Shown: piece by piece, positions 26,785-37,749 of the stretch | Position numbering within the stretch: position 1 is the stretch's first letter | How the letters are laid out: the number at the start of each line of letters is the position of its first letter | Source of the DNA: Vicugna vicugna | Lineage: Eukaryota | Reading direction: 5' to 3' | DNA length: 64,000 nucleotides | Assembly (NCBI GenBank): GCA_013265495.1 | Contig: MU057615.1 | Location: 62,001 to 126,000 of the forward strand | The notes under the pieces: generated by a model | Databases searched by the model: none | What the model was told of the DNA's origin: nothing | Seen by the model: the letters and a program-made list of their open reading frames with translations, nothing else | Position numbers and translations under genes: made by a program

Positions 26785-27117
26785 TTTATTAATAGACTTC
26801 ATTTTTTAAAGCAGTTTCAGGTTCACAGCAGAGTTGAGCAGAAAATACATAGAGTTCTCACATAGCCCTCCCCACCCACACGTACGTACTCCCCTGCCCT
26901 CAGCGTCCCTCATCCGTGTGGCAGGTTTGGTACAATTAGTGAACCAACATGGACACATTATTATCAACCGAAGACCATAGGTTACATTAGGGTTCACTCT
27001 TGCTGTTGTACATTGTGTGGGTTTTGACAAATGCATGATGACATGAAGCCACCACTGTAGTATCATACCGAATGACTTCATTACCCTAAAAATCCCTTGT
27101 GCTCCATCTATTCATTC
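26785..27117 (-). mobile_element. 5'-truncated old L1 (L1MC/MD-like) 3' end with TSD
   Basis: Reverse L1 3' UTR related to 52150-52390, flanked by a perfect 16-bp TSD TGTAGGAATAATTTTT (26769-26784 and 27118-27133). Confidence 0.88.
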
Positions 27118-27467
27118 TGTAGGAATAATTTTTAATGACATGTTTAAACACATGCAAAACTATCGTCTGATTGAATCACCATCAAGATTTTGCCACACTT
27201 TTTGTTACTTTTGATACTGAAATATTTTAATTCAAATCCAGGCCTCTCATGATTTTGCCCCTACACACTTGAGAATTCATTGCTAAAAGATGTGGACTTT
27301 TAAAACCTAACAACAAAACTATCAGCCTACCAACAAAATCCCCAGTGCTCCGCTGGCGTCCTGTAATGCCCAGTCCCTGTCCGCTCGTGTTTGCGTGGCT
27401 GCCTTACTGAGAGCATCAGGCCATCCAGTGCCCACACTGAACTGTGTCCACATGTCTGATGAGTGTT

Positions 27468-27979
27468 TGTTACAGAGTCCAAACTTCTCCTGCTCGTCAC
27501 ATGACAGGCCAATAAATCAGGAGACAAAGTGTTGGGGCAAGGAATAGTAACTTGATTTGGAAAGCCAGCAGATCAAGAAGATGGCAGACTCGTGTCCTGG
27601 AGAACCATCTTCCCCAGGCCAGAATTCAGGTTCCTTTTATACTAAAAAGAGGACAGGGTGTGGTTGGTTGCTGCAAACATCCTGGCGTAGGAATCCTTTA
27701 TTCTTGCAAGTGTCCAGGTGGGTCATGTCCTGGTGTTCCTGCAGACCTCCAAGTTATTGTGTGTTCTGCAACTTTTTGTCTCCATATGAATGGAAAAGTG
27801 TTACACCCTTAAAGGTCAGAGCCTTGAGAATGGGCTCTCCTGTCTGTTTCAAGCTCTAGGCAGCATTTTTTTTTTTAAAGAGGTGCAGAACCAGCAGGAC
27901 TGAGCCCAGGAAACAGGGCTCAGGGTTAGAGCCGAAGGACAGATCTAACGTGGAGTCAGACTTGCTCTTCCCTAGTACG
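27468..27979 (-). mobile_element. ERV1-class solo LTR, family A copy 1
   Basis: Starts tgttacagagtccaaa; colinear with 28396 and 34107; TATA-like ttttatac read on the minus strand. Confidence 0.88.
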
Positions 27980-28395
27980 TGTCCTTCAGTCACCAGCAGA
28001 ACGTCCATCTGCTTGCTTTCCGTGCAACGATGTGTTGATGAAATTTGGCTGCTTTCTTTCTTCCGGAGCTATTTAACCTCTTACCCATATTTCCTGCATT
28101 TCATATGTTACATCCGCCTCAGGCACTGTTTCTTCCACTTTATAATAGAGTTCGTCAGCACAAAATGACTTTCCCTCATCAATTAAAGCTGTCTGGTTAC
28201 CCAGGGACACTACTTCACAGGAAAGAGAGGATAAATGCCAAAGTCTTTCCCTTTAATTGCCAATTGGCGGAGTGGGCAGTGCTCTCGTCATCCCCAGTGC
28301 TGACCAGTGACTGCTCCCTGCCCTCTTCTCCACTCCCCTCCCTCCGTCCATCCCCTACCCTGCTCACACACACTTTATTGAATGTCATAAGCTCA

Positions 28396-28918
28396 TGGTA
28401 CCGAGTCCAGACTCGTTCTGCTCACTGCATGACAGGCCAGTAAATTGGGAGATGAGGTGTTGGGACAAGGAATAGTGACTTTATTCAGAAAGCCGGCAGA
28501 GTGAGAAGATGGCAGACTAATGTCTTGAAGAACCATCTTCCCCAAGTCAGAATTCAGGCTCTGTTTATACTAAAAAGGGGAGGGTGTGGTTGGTTGCAAA
28601 GTGTTGCAAACTTCTTGGTGTAGGAATTCTTCGTTCTTGCAGTTGTCCTCGTGGGTCAGGTCATGGTGCCTCTGTAAAACCTCCCACAAAACAAAGGTGA
28701 TTTTCCATTCTGCAACTTGTTGTCTTTATATCGGTGCAAAAGTGTTAATATCCTTAAAGGTCAGAGCCCTGAGAATAGGCTTTCCTGTCTATTTCAGGCT
28801 AAAAGCAACATTGTTTTCCAAAAGGTGCAGAGCAAGACTGAGCCTAGAAAACAGGGCACAGGGTTAAAGCCAAAGGAGCAGACCTAATATGGAGTCAGAT
28901 GTGTTCTTCTCTGTTACA
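28396..28918 (-). mobile_element. ERV1-class solo LTR, family A copy 2
   Basis: TG...CA termini, perfect 4-bp TSD CTCA, and minus-strand AATAAA (gactttattc). Confidence 0.92.
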
Positions 28919-28945
28919 CTCATACACCATTATAGATGCAATGCA

Positions 28946-29512
28946 TTATTTTTATTGAAATACCATTGATTTACAATGTTTCAGGTATACAGCACAGTGA
29001 TTCAGTTATATATATATGTTCTTTTTCAGATTCTTTTCCATTATGGTTTATTACAAGATATTGAATCTTGAGCATAGTTCCCTGTGCTATACAGTAGGCC
29101 CTTGTTGTTTATATATTTTATATATGTTTACATATTTTATATATAATCCCATATTCTCAAGTTATCCTTCCACCCACTGCTTCCTCTTTGGTGGCCATAA
29201 GTTTGTTTTCTGTATCTATGAGCCTATTTGTTTTGTAAATAAGTTCATTTGTATCATTTCTTTTTAGATTCCACGTATGAGTCATTTCATGTGATATTTG
29301 TCTTTGTCTGATTTACTTCACTTAATATGATCTCTAGGTCCATCCGTTTTGCCGCAGATGGCGTAATTTCAGTCTGTTTTATGGCAGAGTAGTATTCCGT
29401 TGTATAAACATACCACATCTTTATCCAGTCACCTGTTGATGGACATTTAGGTTCCTTCCATGTCTTGGCTGTTGTGCTGCTATGAACATTTGGATTGCAT
29501 GTATCTCTTATA
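28946..29512 (-). mobile_element. Lineage-specific L1 3' end with ORF2 C-terminus
   Basis: Minus ORF contains AKTWKEPKCPSTGDWIKMWYVYTTEYYSAIK...MDLEIILSEVNQ, the L1 ORF2p C-terminus. Confidence 0.92.
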
Positions 29513-31118
29513 TAGTAGTTACTCTTTCTGAGTTTCACATTTTCTTATCTTGGGTGAATGGAAGCTGGCTTCTGTGATTTTTGATGTGACCCTCATCAGC
29601 TGCCACACGATGTCCTGGGATCTCTTTGTGTATTTCTTACGCCCTGGAATTAGTCATTCCTCTGCGGGGCTCTGTCCTCTCTCAGCGGGGAATGGCATTT
29701 AGAAAAAAGCCACCCGGCATTTAGCGGTGGGCATTGTTATTAGATTGCCACATGTTTCTAGAACTGTTCATCTTTCAGAGCTAGGCAGTGCATAGTGTTT
29801 AAAGAAAGCAGTCAAGACTGAGGGCCAGCCACATGTTCTCTGGCCTTCCATTGGGCCTTCCCCCGGAGATGGTAGGTTTTGTTGTCCCTCCATCTCTCTG
29901 GGACCTGCTTCTCCGCATCCCCCTCACCTCAGGGGGGCACTCTGTCCGTCCTGCTGATGGCTGCTGCCCTGTTTAAGGCACATTCTGTTCCTGAAGCTTC
30001 CCTAGTATTTGTGACCAATGCAGAGCTCCCCAGTGCTCTGTGACCCTCAGTCCCTCTGCCAGCTGAGCTTTCTTCACACATCTGTGGCTTAGGGCCTGCA
30101 AGGACTTCTCCCCATTTTGCCATAATTTTCCAGCCCATTGCCCTGGTTTCTGCCTGGGGCCAGATCCTCTTTTGGGGGGCTGGGTGTTTGTGGGCAGCCT
30201 GTTGGCTTCAGGTACCCCTTTGCTTCATCCACTACCCTGATGCCCTGATGCTAACCCCACCTACCACCGTGGCCACACTCCAGTACTTCGGGGCTGGGTG
30301 GGGGCTGTTCCCTGGTGCCTGTTTGGTGATTCCTTTGTTTTAAAGATACCCGCCATGGGCTTTTCATAGGTTATCTCTGTCCCTGACGGTCTGTTTGGCT
30401 TCCATGGGGATGTGGAGAAATTCAGAAACTATGCAGCCATCCTCATTCCACTGCCCGGTAATGTTTTAAATTAAAATCAACTTATGACTAGACATGAGCT
30501 ATACAGGTGCCACTCACGGAGACATTATAGGTGTGTTCCCAGGGGAGAAGCTGCATGCCAGAAAGCATGACAGACGGGCCCCTGGTGGGTCAGACATCCT
30601 TCAGGATTGTCCTAAAGAGGGAAGCCTTTATTCTGTTTTCCTTACAATGCGTCCTGACCTTTGTGCTAGGAATAATTCAGTCGTTGCTTTAAACATTTCT
30701 GGCTCACCTCTAACTGCTGGTGACAAAGACAGAAAGGAGCCATTGTCCCTTCTCTGCCCACACCTGCAGAGCCTCCTCAGCAGAGTGGCCTGGGGCAAGA
30801 CATGCATCAAAAATGGCTTAAGAGAGTCAGCTCTTAGCAACCTTGTATTAGAAAGGCATGGAGCACAAAGCTGGTATTAGGGAAACCTTTTCTGGCCTAC
30901 GTACAAAAGGCATGCTGAAAAATAACAAACAAGCAAAAAATACATGCTGTAGCTCCGTTTTGACCGCTAAGTAAAATTGAAACTGTTCCCTTTTTTAACA
31001 TTAAGAGATCAACACAGCCTTCAGCATGCTAATTTGCATACATCTAATGATGAATTTCATAAAGAAAGAGCTAAGTCAGCATTTCCCAAGCTTACTTGAC
31101 TGCCCAGCCCTCTTATAC

Positions 31119-31578
31119 TGTCCACTGAAATAAAATACACACCCTAAAAGGTGAGAGTTGTGTTTTATTAGGTGAACATTTCACAGGACTCAAGCCCGGG
31201 ATGGCAGCCTCTCAGACTGCTGTGTTTTACAATGAAGACAGGTAGTCAGAACGTTAAACGATCACTGTTGATTAGAGAAAACCAGTCGTCTCAAGTTAAA
31301 GAATTTAGCACTTTTCTATGTATGAGAAGGGGCAAAGTCTGGGCTCCTTGCAGTCATTTCTATGAGATGCACCCAGTATCTAGGGCCAGTGTCCTGTTCT
31401 TTCACATCCTGAGCCCCTCAGGGGGCACCACTGGGGGTGACAGCAGAGGCCAGGCTGCCTGCTTGTCTGCATCCTGAGTTCCCTCCCCTCACTGTTGGGG
31501 TTTGTGGTAGTGGCTGGTGACTTGATGGCCACAGCATCCTTTGTTCACTGATACGGCTGGCAATATGTTTTGTTCACA
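31119..31578 (-). mobile_element. MER41-like (cetartiodactyl) solo LTR
   Basis: TG...CA termini and atac/gtac flanks; ctcaagttaaagaatttagcacttttctatgtatg...gtctgggctc resembles MER41_BT-type LTRs; reverse-complement homologue at 59306. Confidence 0.85.
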
Positions 31579-31959
31579 GTACCTATAGTCTAACAGTCCC
31601 ATTCCACCTTGGTCTAAATCTGTGCTTCCTAGGAACACAGCTACAGAGTGGGAGCTACAGGGGTTATAGCGCTTATGGGCACTAAAAAAAAAAAAAGTCA
31701 GCTTAAGAAAGGTAATTAACATTTATTCTTTAACCACTCACTTACGAACCAGTGTTTTCAGATATAGCTTGTTATTCTAGGTCATGCTGATTATGCCCAA
31801 GGACCTACACTTACCTTCCTGCTCTCAAGGAGAGAAGAGTGTTAATAAGTCATTGTACAAGATGCAGCAAGTACAGCCGTTAGGGAGTATGAGGAGCTGT
31901 AAGTAAAGGAGCCAGTGACCTCTGCACTGAGGATAGCTCAGTTGTCACTTTATTTCTAG

Positions 31960-32813
31960 TGTTAAAAACCACTGAAGCATGTTAAAAATTTCAAGAGTTT
32001 ATTTGAGCAACACCAGTTGCAGTCAGGCAGCGCCCAACCCGATGTGGTTAGGAGCGCTCTACCAGGAGCTGGGAGGAAGGCTTTTTATAGAGCAGATGTG
32101 GAAGTGTAACCGAGCAGGACCCTGGGGGGTCTTCCCAGGACAGATCCCTCCCCGGTATCCTCTGCTGCAGCTTGTCTCTGAAGCGCCCAGGTCATAGTAT
32201 CTCTTGTGTATTTCCTGAGTGTTTCAGATGCTAAAAACCACTGCCAAGGGGGAAGAAGTTCACTACTTGATGATGGAGAGCGCATGGCCTCTAGACCTTC
32301 TGGCGCCCAGGGGGTGATAGTGATGATGCCCTGTTACCTCTGCATCAACCCATCAGGGTTGTGCACAACTGACCACGTACCTGTGAGCCCCGTCTCTCAC
32401 CTGGCCCTTGACTATGCTTTGCTGAAACCCTTTGAGGAGTTTGGGATTTTCTTGAGCATAAGCCACCGCATCCTCCTTGCTCGGCCCTGCAATAAAGCTT
32501 TCTCTGCTCCAAGTTGTGATGTTTCAGTTTGTTTGGCCTCGTGGTGCGGCGGGCACATGAACTTGCCTTCGGTAATGGAAGCAAAGCAAGGAAATGATTT
32601 GATTGGCTGCAGGTGAAGCAGTTCTCTTTGGGAAAGCCTGGGTGGCTACGTGTGACTGGTTGGTCTTACGTTTTGTTTTCTTGGGTACCAGTACATTTAC
32701 AGGAATTGCCTCTGGTTTAGGTTTCAGTTTGCTTATGTAGACTTAAGACATTAGAGCCACCAAGAATTAGAGCCACTTTGATCTAATAGCCCCCTCATTT
32801 AATTATCTTAACA
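31960..32813 (-). mobile_element. ERV1-class solo LTR split by a nested LTR
   Basis: tgttaaaa...ttaaca termini, ctag/ctgg flanks, and minus-strand AATAAA (gagtttatttg) and TATA (ttttatag). Confidence 0.8.
32105..32577 (+). mobile_element. Nested ERV1-class solo LTR, family D
   Basis: Perfect TSD GAAG (32101-32104 and 32578-32581); AATAAA at 32491; reverse homologue at 55255. Confidence 0.9.
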
Positions 32814-34106
32814 CTGGTGGTTGGTGCTGCCCTGAAAAGTCAGAAAGGCTTCCTAGAAGTGGGTTCAAATCTGGGAACCTGCATGTTGGAGAGCTGAAGG
32901 AAATTTCTAATTTGGTTGTGTCAAGTTACCAGTGTGTAACTTTTCTATTGGAAGGAGAGCTGGAAAACGCTGGGGGTGAGATGCTGAATCCAGTGACTGA
33001 TTATAAATAAAGTAGCAAGCAGCATTGGTGGCAGTGCCGAGGGATGACTCCGATGAGTGGAGCACAGTGATGGAAGGAGCTGGTGGTTTGGCGAGTGCAG
33101 TCACACCTACCTAGGTGTGTCCCATTTCTGTGGTTTAGTAGCAGGGGAATGCTCCTTAACTGCTCCAACATGCATTTCAGTCTCTGAGAAACTTTGCAGG
33201 GCTGCCCAGAGTTCTACCTTAAACCAGCTTCTCACACATGCTCCAAGTGGGGTCAGCATCATTGACTTGTTTAATGCTTGCTCTTGGTTAAAATACCACA
33301 ACTCATACAAGCGTGAAAGTCAGAAACTGTGAAATTCCTTTTCAGAAATTCAGATCAGTGCTAAAATCAGAAATCTTACTTTTAAATGCAAATAATAATG
33401 TCAGTGAAATGCCATGATTTACCGTTTTGAAATATGGCCAGTTTAACAATCTAATGATGCGGTTTTGTCTGTCTTCCCTCTGAGAGCGTGTTACAGCACT
33501 GCCTCATGCATTGTCCATGTCCCATGCCATCCGGGTACAATGTCACTATACATTCATTTTATGTGTCCAAGATAATAGTGCATTAGCCACATTCAGAACA
33601 AGGTGCACTGTGCATTTTCCATCTGTGTTGGTAGCAGTGCCTGCAGTTTAGGAATTACTTATTTTCAGTCTATAACTTCTTTGTATAACAAATGCCTTTG
33701 ATTTGGGGATGAAATCCTGATGGCTCTATGCTTAGGCTGATTCTGAAATTTATCATTTCCCCCTCTGCAATAGTATGAAAACTTGAAGCAGGAACTACCC
33801 AAGTGAGCAGTTTCCAGTTTCAAAGTTGTAATTCATCCACTTCTAGGATACCAAGAAATAGAACACCCTAGGGTTATGTTGCCCTGTCAGGGACCCATTA
33901 TCTTATGCCTTCAGAAGTTTAGTTGGATTCTCTATTTCTTGTCATCTGTTTATTTTTTCATGTATGAATTTCAAACCCTACAGCAAATGGAGGCCAGAAG
34001 AAGCAGGGGGGTGTTTGGAAAAGGAAACTGTGATCCGAAGTGAGGAAGGGGAGAATCACCTCTTCAGGCTTCTGTGCCTGCAGACAGTGCCTCCGTTTTT
34101 CCTCAC

Positions 34107-34632
34107 TGTTACCAAGTCCAAACTCGTTCTACTCGCCGCACAACAGGCCAGTAAATTGGGAGACGAGGTGTTGGGGCAAGGAAGAGTGACTGTATTTGGA
34201 AAGCTGACAGACTGAGAGGATGGCAGACTAATGTCTTGGAGAACCGTCTTGCTCCAGACAGAACGCAGGCCCTTTTTATACGAAAAACAGGGGAGGAGTT
34301 GTGGTTCGTTGTTGTAAACTTCTTGCCACAGGAATGCTTTGTTCTTGCAGCTGTCCCCGTCCACGTGGGTCAGGCCATGGTGTCCCTGTAAACCTCCAAC
34401 AAAACAAAGGTTATTCTCTGTTTTGCAACTTGCCGTCTCCACAGAAGTGCAGAAGATCTAACATCCTCAAAAGTCAGAGCCCCGAAAATAGGCTCTCCTC
34501 TGTATTTTAGGCTAAAGGCAACATTGTTTCACACAAGGTGCAGAGCTGGCAAGACTAAGCCTAGAAAACAGGGCACAGGGTTAAAACTAAAGGAACAGAC
34601 CCAACATGCAGTCAGATTTGTTCTCTATTACA
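34107..34632 (-). mobile_element. ERV1-class solo LTR, family A copy 3
   Basis: tgttaccaagtcc...attaca; colinear with 27468 and 28396. Confidence 0.9.
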
Positions 34633-36445
34633 AAATGACTATTCACTTATTTGCTATGAACATGGTCGGGTACATGTAAGCACTCCTGGAAATGCGGGGT
34701 AAGTAGCACTAACCAAAACCCCGGCACTCAGAAGCGCCAAGTTCTGGTCATACTCAGATCATAAGGTCCTAGTTAAGATATTTCTTTTTTTTCCTCCCAG
34801 ACTATTCCAGATACTTAGCAACCTTATCCATCCAAGTCTGCATGCAAGAAAGCATAGTGAATTCCCCAAACTACCAAATGCCACTGTAGCATGAAGTTGG
34901 ATGTAAGTGAAAAATATATGGGACTCCCACTGAGAGTTAGTAGGAAGCAGAAAGCAACAAAATCGAATGTAGACACAAATACTAGAATAACCCAGAGAAG
35001 CCAGTGAAAATGCAGACCCTGAGACATTCTTGCACGTCAGCTCTGGGGTTAGTCCCTTGCCACCTCGACTTGCTGCAGATTCCCTCGCTGATTTTTGGAC
35101 TGCCAGCTCCGTGGGTGCTGGAGTGCAGACTAGAGCCTGTAAAGCAAGGGTGACTGGAACTTAAGTAATTCACTGCCACAAACCAGCCTTGTTAGGCTTA
35201 TTACTCAAATGTGTATTTATTCAGAATTACAGGTTAGAAAATGCTGAGGACTGGAGAAGTTATTCCCAAATACTCAAAACTTTGGGTGGTCAGATTCACG
35301 AAACACACAGGTTTTACTGGGCAATGATACCATTTTTCGTAAATAATACGGAGGAGGATGTGTACAGGAATCAGAGAGGCTGTGCTCTGAATCCGGAGTC
35401 TCCACAGAAGAGCTGCATGGCCTGGTCTCTGCACACCCTGGGTTTCCACTTCATGATGGTGGTAACAATTCCCACTTCCCAGTGTGACCCTGGGAGTGGA
35501 ACGAGATGACTTGAGGAGGGCACTTAGCTGAGAGACTGAGATGGAGGAAAGAGCTCCTCACACAGCTGCCAGTGAAAGAGGTTTGTGCGGCAGTCAAGTG
35601 GCCCCACTGAACATCCAGCTGTGCACGGTGGATTTGCAGCTGCTGGGAACCAGAGCGGTCCTGCTGGGAGGCCGGGCAGTGTGCACACTCAACAGCCTCA
35701 TTATCAGGATGTCCACTTGACCGAAATGGGCCACGTGCTGATTCAGGCAGCTAATGGGCAGCTGATGCTTACAAGAAACCTACAAAAAAGCATCCTCTGA
35801 TAACCGAGTATGCAGTCTTAGGGTGAGGTCAAGCTGAATCAAGCAAAAACAACACGAACATAAAACTTGCACTTTTATGATTTATTTTTAGCCTTCAACA
35901 AGGAATGATCATTTCATCTTAGGAGAGCCTTCGGGGTGCATTTCTTTAAATCTTTTATTTCTACTTTGTGAAATACTATGTTACAGATAATAAGGTTTGT
36001 TTTCTTTTTAAAAAAATCTTTTTCTACTAACAAGCAGTGAAATGATCAGCTGGAGTTTTAAATGGATAACAAACATGCTTTATTTTCTTTCAAATATGTA
36101 TCTGATCATGTTGCTGTATTTCTGAGTGATAAGCTATAAAAAAATTATCTTATTCTCCTCCTGGAGCCATAGAAAGACTGAAAAGAACAAAACATTAGGC
36201 TTGATGTTGCATCTTTCAGCTCCTGACGGTGGGATGATGACAGTGAGAACACAGTGAGGAAGCAGGTGTGGAGCTGCCCTGCCAAGGAGTGGGGAGAGCC
36301 TGGTAGAAAGCCAGCAGTTTGGATCCCAACTCCCTGATTTATCCAACACGTGGCACATGTAATGAACAGAAGTGCTATTTTGAAGGAGGTGAAAAGGTGA
36401 TTGAAATGGCTCTGGGCCTTGAAAAACTGTGAAAGTCAAAAAAAA

Positions 36446-37230
36446 TTTTTTTTTCCAGTTTTATCGAGGTATAATTGACATATAAATTGTATTAGTTTTA
36501 GGTGTACAACAAAATGATTTGATATATGTATATATTGCAGAAAAATAAATAACATACTAATATATTGCAATGTTTAGTTAACATCTATCACCTTGAATAG
36601 TTAACAATATTTTTTCTTATGACGAGAACTTTTAAGATCTATTCCCCTACAAACTTTCAAACAAACAATCCAGATTGTTAACTATAGTCATTATGCTATG
36701 TATGAAACCTTCAGATCTTATTAATTTTCTGACTGGAGATTTCCCCACTCTCCCAGCCCCCACCTCGAGCAACCCCAGTCTGTTCTCTGTATCTTATGAG
36801 TTTGGTTCTTTTGGATTCCACATATAAGTGAGACCATACAGCGCATTTCTCTGTCTGACTTGCCTCACTTAGCATAATGCCCTTAGGGTTCATAGATGTT
36901 GCAAATGGGAGGATGTCTTTCTTTTTCATGACTGAATAATATTCCATTGTCTGTATACACTGCATTTTCCTTATCCGTTCATTCACTGATGGACACTTAG
37001 GTTGTTTCTGTGACTTGGCTATTGTGAATAATGCTGCAGTGGATGTGGGGGTGCAGATATCTCTTTGAGACAGTGATTTTGATTCTTTCAAATATATACC
37101 CAGGAATGGAATTGATAGATTGTATGGTAGTTCTATTTTTAATTTTTTTGAGGAATCTCTGTAATCTTTTCCATAGTTGCTGTACCAACTTACATTCCTA
37201 CCAGCAGTGCAAAAGTGTCCCCTTTTCTCC
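36446..37230 (-). mobile_element. L1 3' end (L1MA-like) with ORF2 C-terminus
   Basis: Minus ORF reads RDICTPTSTAALFTIAKSQKQPKCPSVNERIRKMQCIQTMEYYS. Confidence 0.92.
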
Positions 37231-37749
37231 TTAAAAAACTGTTGAAATATGTTTTGACTATTAAAGCATGCATTATCTTCTTCTTTGGTTTACCTAAAAA
37301 AAAAAAATGTTTGCTTTCCAAAAGCAATGCATGAACATATGCTACCAATTGAAGAATAAGGGTATGGAGCAGAGAAATATATTCTGCAAAAAGGATTTTT
37401 CCACCTGCTATTCACATAATCCTGCCCTGTTCCTAGGGGCAAGCTCAGGTAGTAATTTGAAGGTGTATCAATCAGATGACTTTAATGTATGTTTCATAAA
37501 TATATTTTATATGTCTGTGTACACCATTTGCCCTACAGTGTTCTCTGAAGGGTTTTCCTCTGTGTGGTGATTCATTCCCCTCCCTGTTTATTAAGCACTT
37601 ACTCTATGCCAGGAACTTTGCTGGTGACTGAAAATACAGATACGGCCATTGCTCTCAGGGAGCTTACACCCCAGTGTAGGAGACAGAATTTTTTTTTTTA
37701 AAAAGGAAACACCAAACACAAGTAATGGAAGGAATTGTATAAAATTAGT

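Noticed and set aside
27468..28918. Two adjacent co-oriented LTRs as a deleted provirus
   Set aside because: The second LTR has its own CTCA TSD, and the 416-bp spacer shows no PBS, PPT or gag/pol/env remnant.
35700..36265. Faint resemblance of ...HPLITEYAVLG / RWDDDSENTVRKQ to a GREB1-type glycosyltransferase segment
   Set aside because: It needs frameshifts and reading through stops, and rests on a few residues recalled from memory; not supportable without a search.
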